A stretch of DNA of 64,000 bases from Dimorphilus gyrociliatus. Its lineage: Eukaryota > Animalia > Annelida. Where the stretch lies: the NCBI GenBank assembly GCA_904063045.1, contig CAJFCJ010000008.1, positions 1-64,000 on the forward strand, written 5' to 3'. The notes under the pieces were generated by a model. The model was not told the DNA's origin and searched no databases. It worked only from the letters and a program-made list of their open reading frames with translations. This document shows, piece by piece, positions 63,995 to 64,000 of this stretch. The first letter of the stretch is position 1, and each line of letters begins with the position of its first letter. The translations under genes were made by a program, and so were the position numbers.

Positions 63995-64000
63995 TACATT

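Noticed and set aside
1-64000. tRNA, rRNA, snRNA, CRISPR arrays, intact transposase or RT ORFs
   Set aside because: None were recognised by eye. ATACTTAC at 59600 is a minus-strand splice donor, not U1. A covariance-model search could still find small RNAs.

Overview
This is AT-rich DNA from a compact metazoan genome: introns are mostly 50-70 bp, genes are dense, and there are no prokaryotic features. A miniaturised spiralian such as the annelid Dimorphilus would fit, but that is inference only. All gene models were spliced by hand from GT-AG sites and reading frames. Left to right the window holds: INO80 (minus strand, 3' end outside the window, two unusually long introns rich in CACGCG motifs) head-to-head with the bifunctional Glu/Pro-tRNA synthetase EPRS (six near-identical WHEP repeats); a 23-kb tandem array of eight intact, strongly diverged six-exon genes whose N-termini resemble the BC-box/Cul2-box plus LRR half of ZER1/ZYG11-type CRL2 substrate receptors; an intronless NADAR (YbiA-like) gene; two tandem secreted single-EGF paralogs; an aldo-keto reductase; a divergent class-2-like semaphorin; a VWD/EGF type-I membrane protein; an orphan disordered protein; and a 5-HT4-like GPCR. 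The two best candidates for undescribed biology are the eight-gene putative ubiquitin-ligase adaptor array and 11 perfect copies of TATAC(A/T)GTATA in non-coding DNA, which match the Tc1/mariner (Sleeping Beauty-type) excision footprint although no intact element is visible. Family assignments come from recognised motifs; no database search was run.
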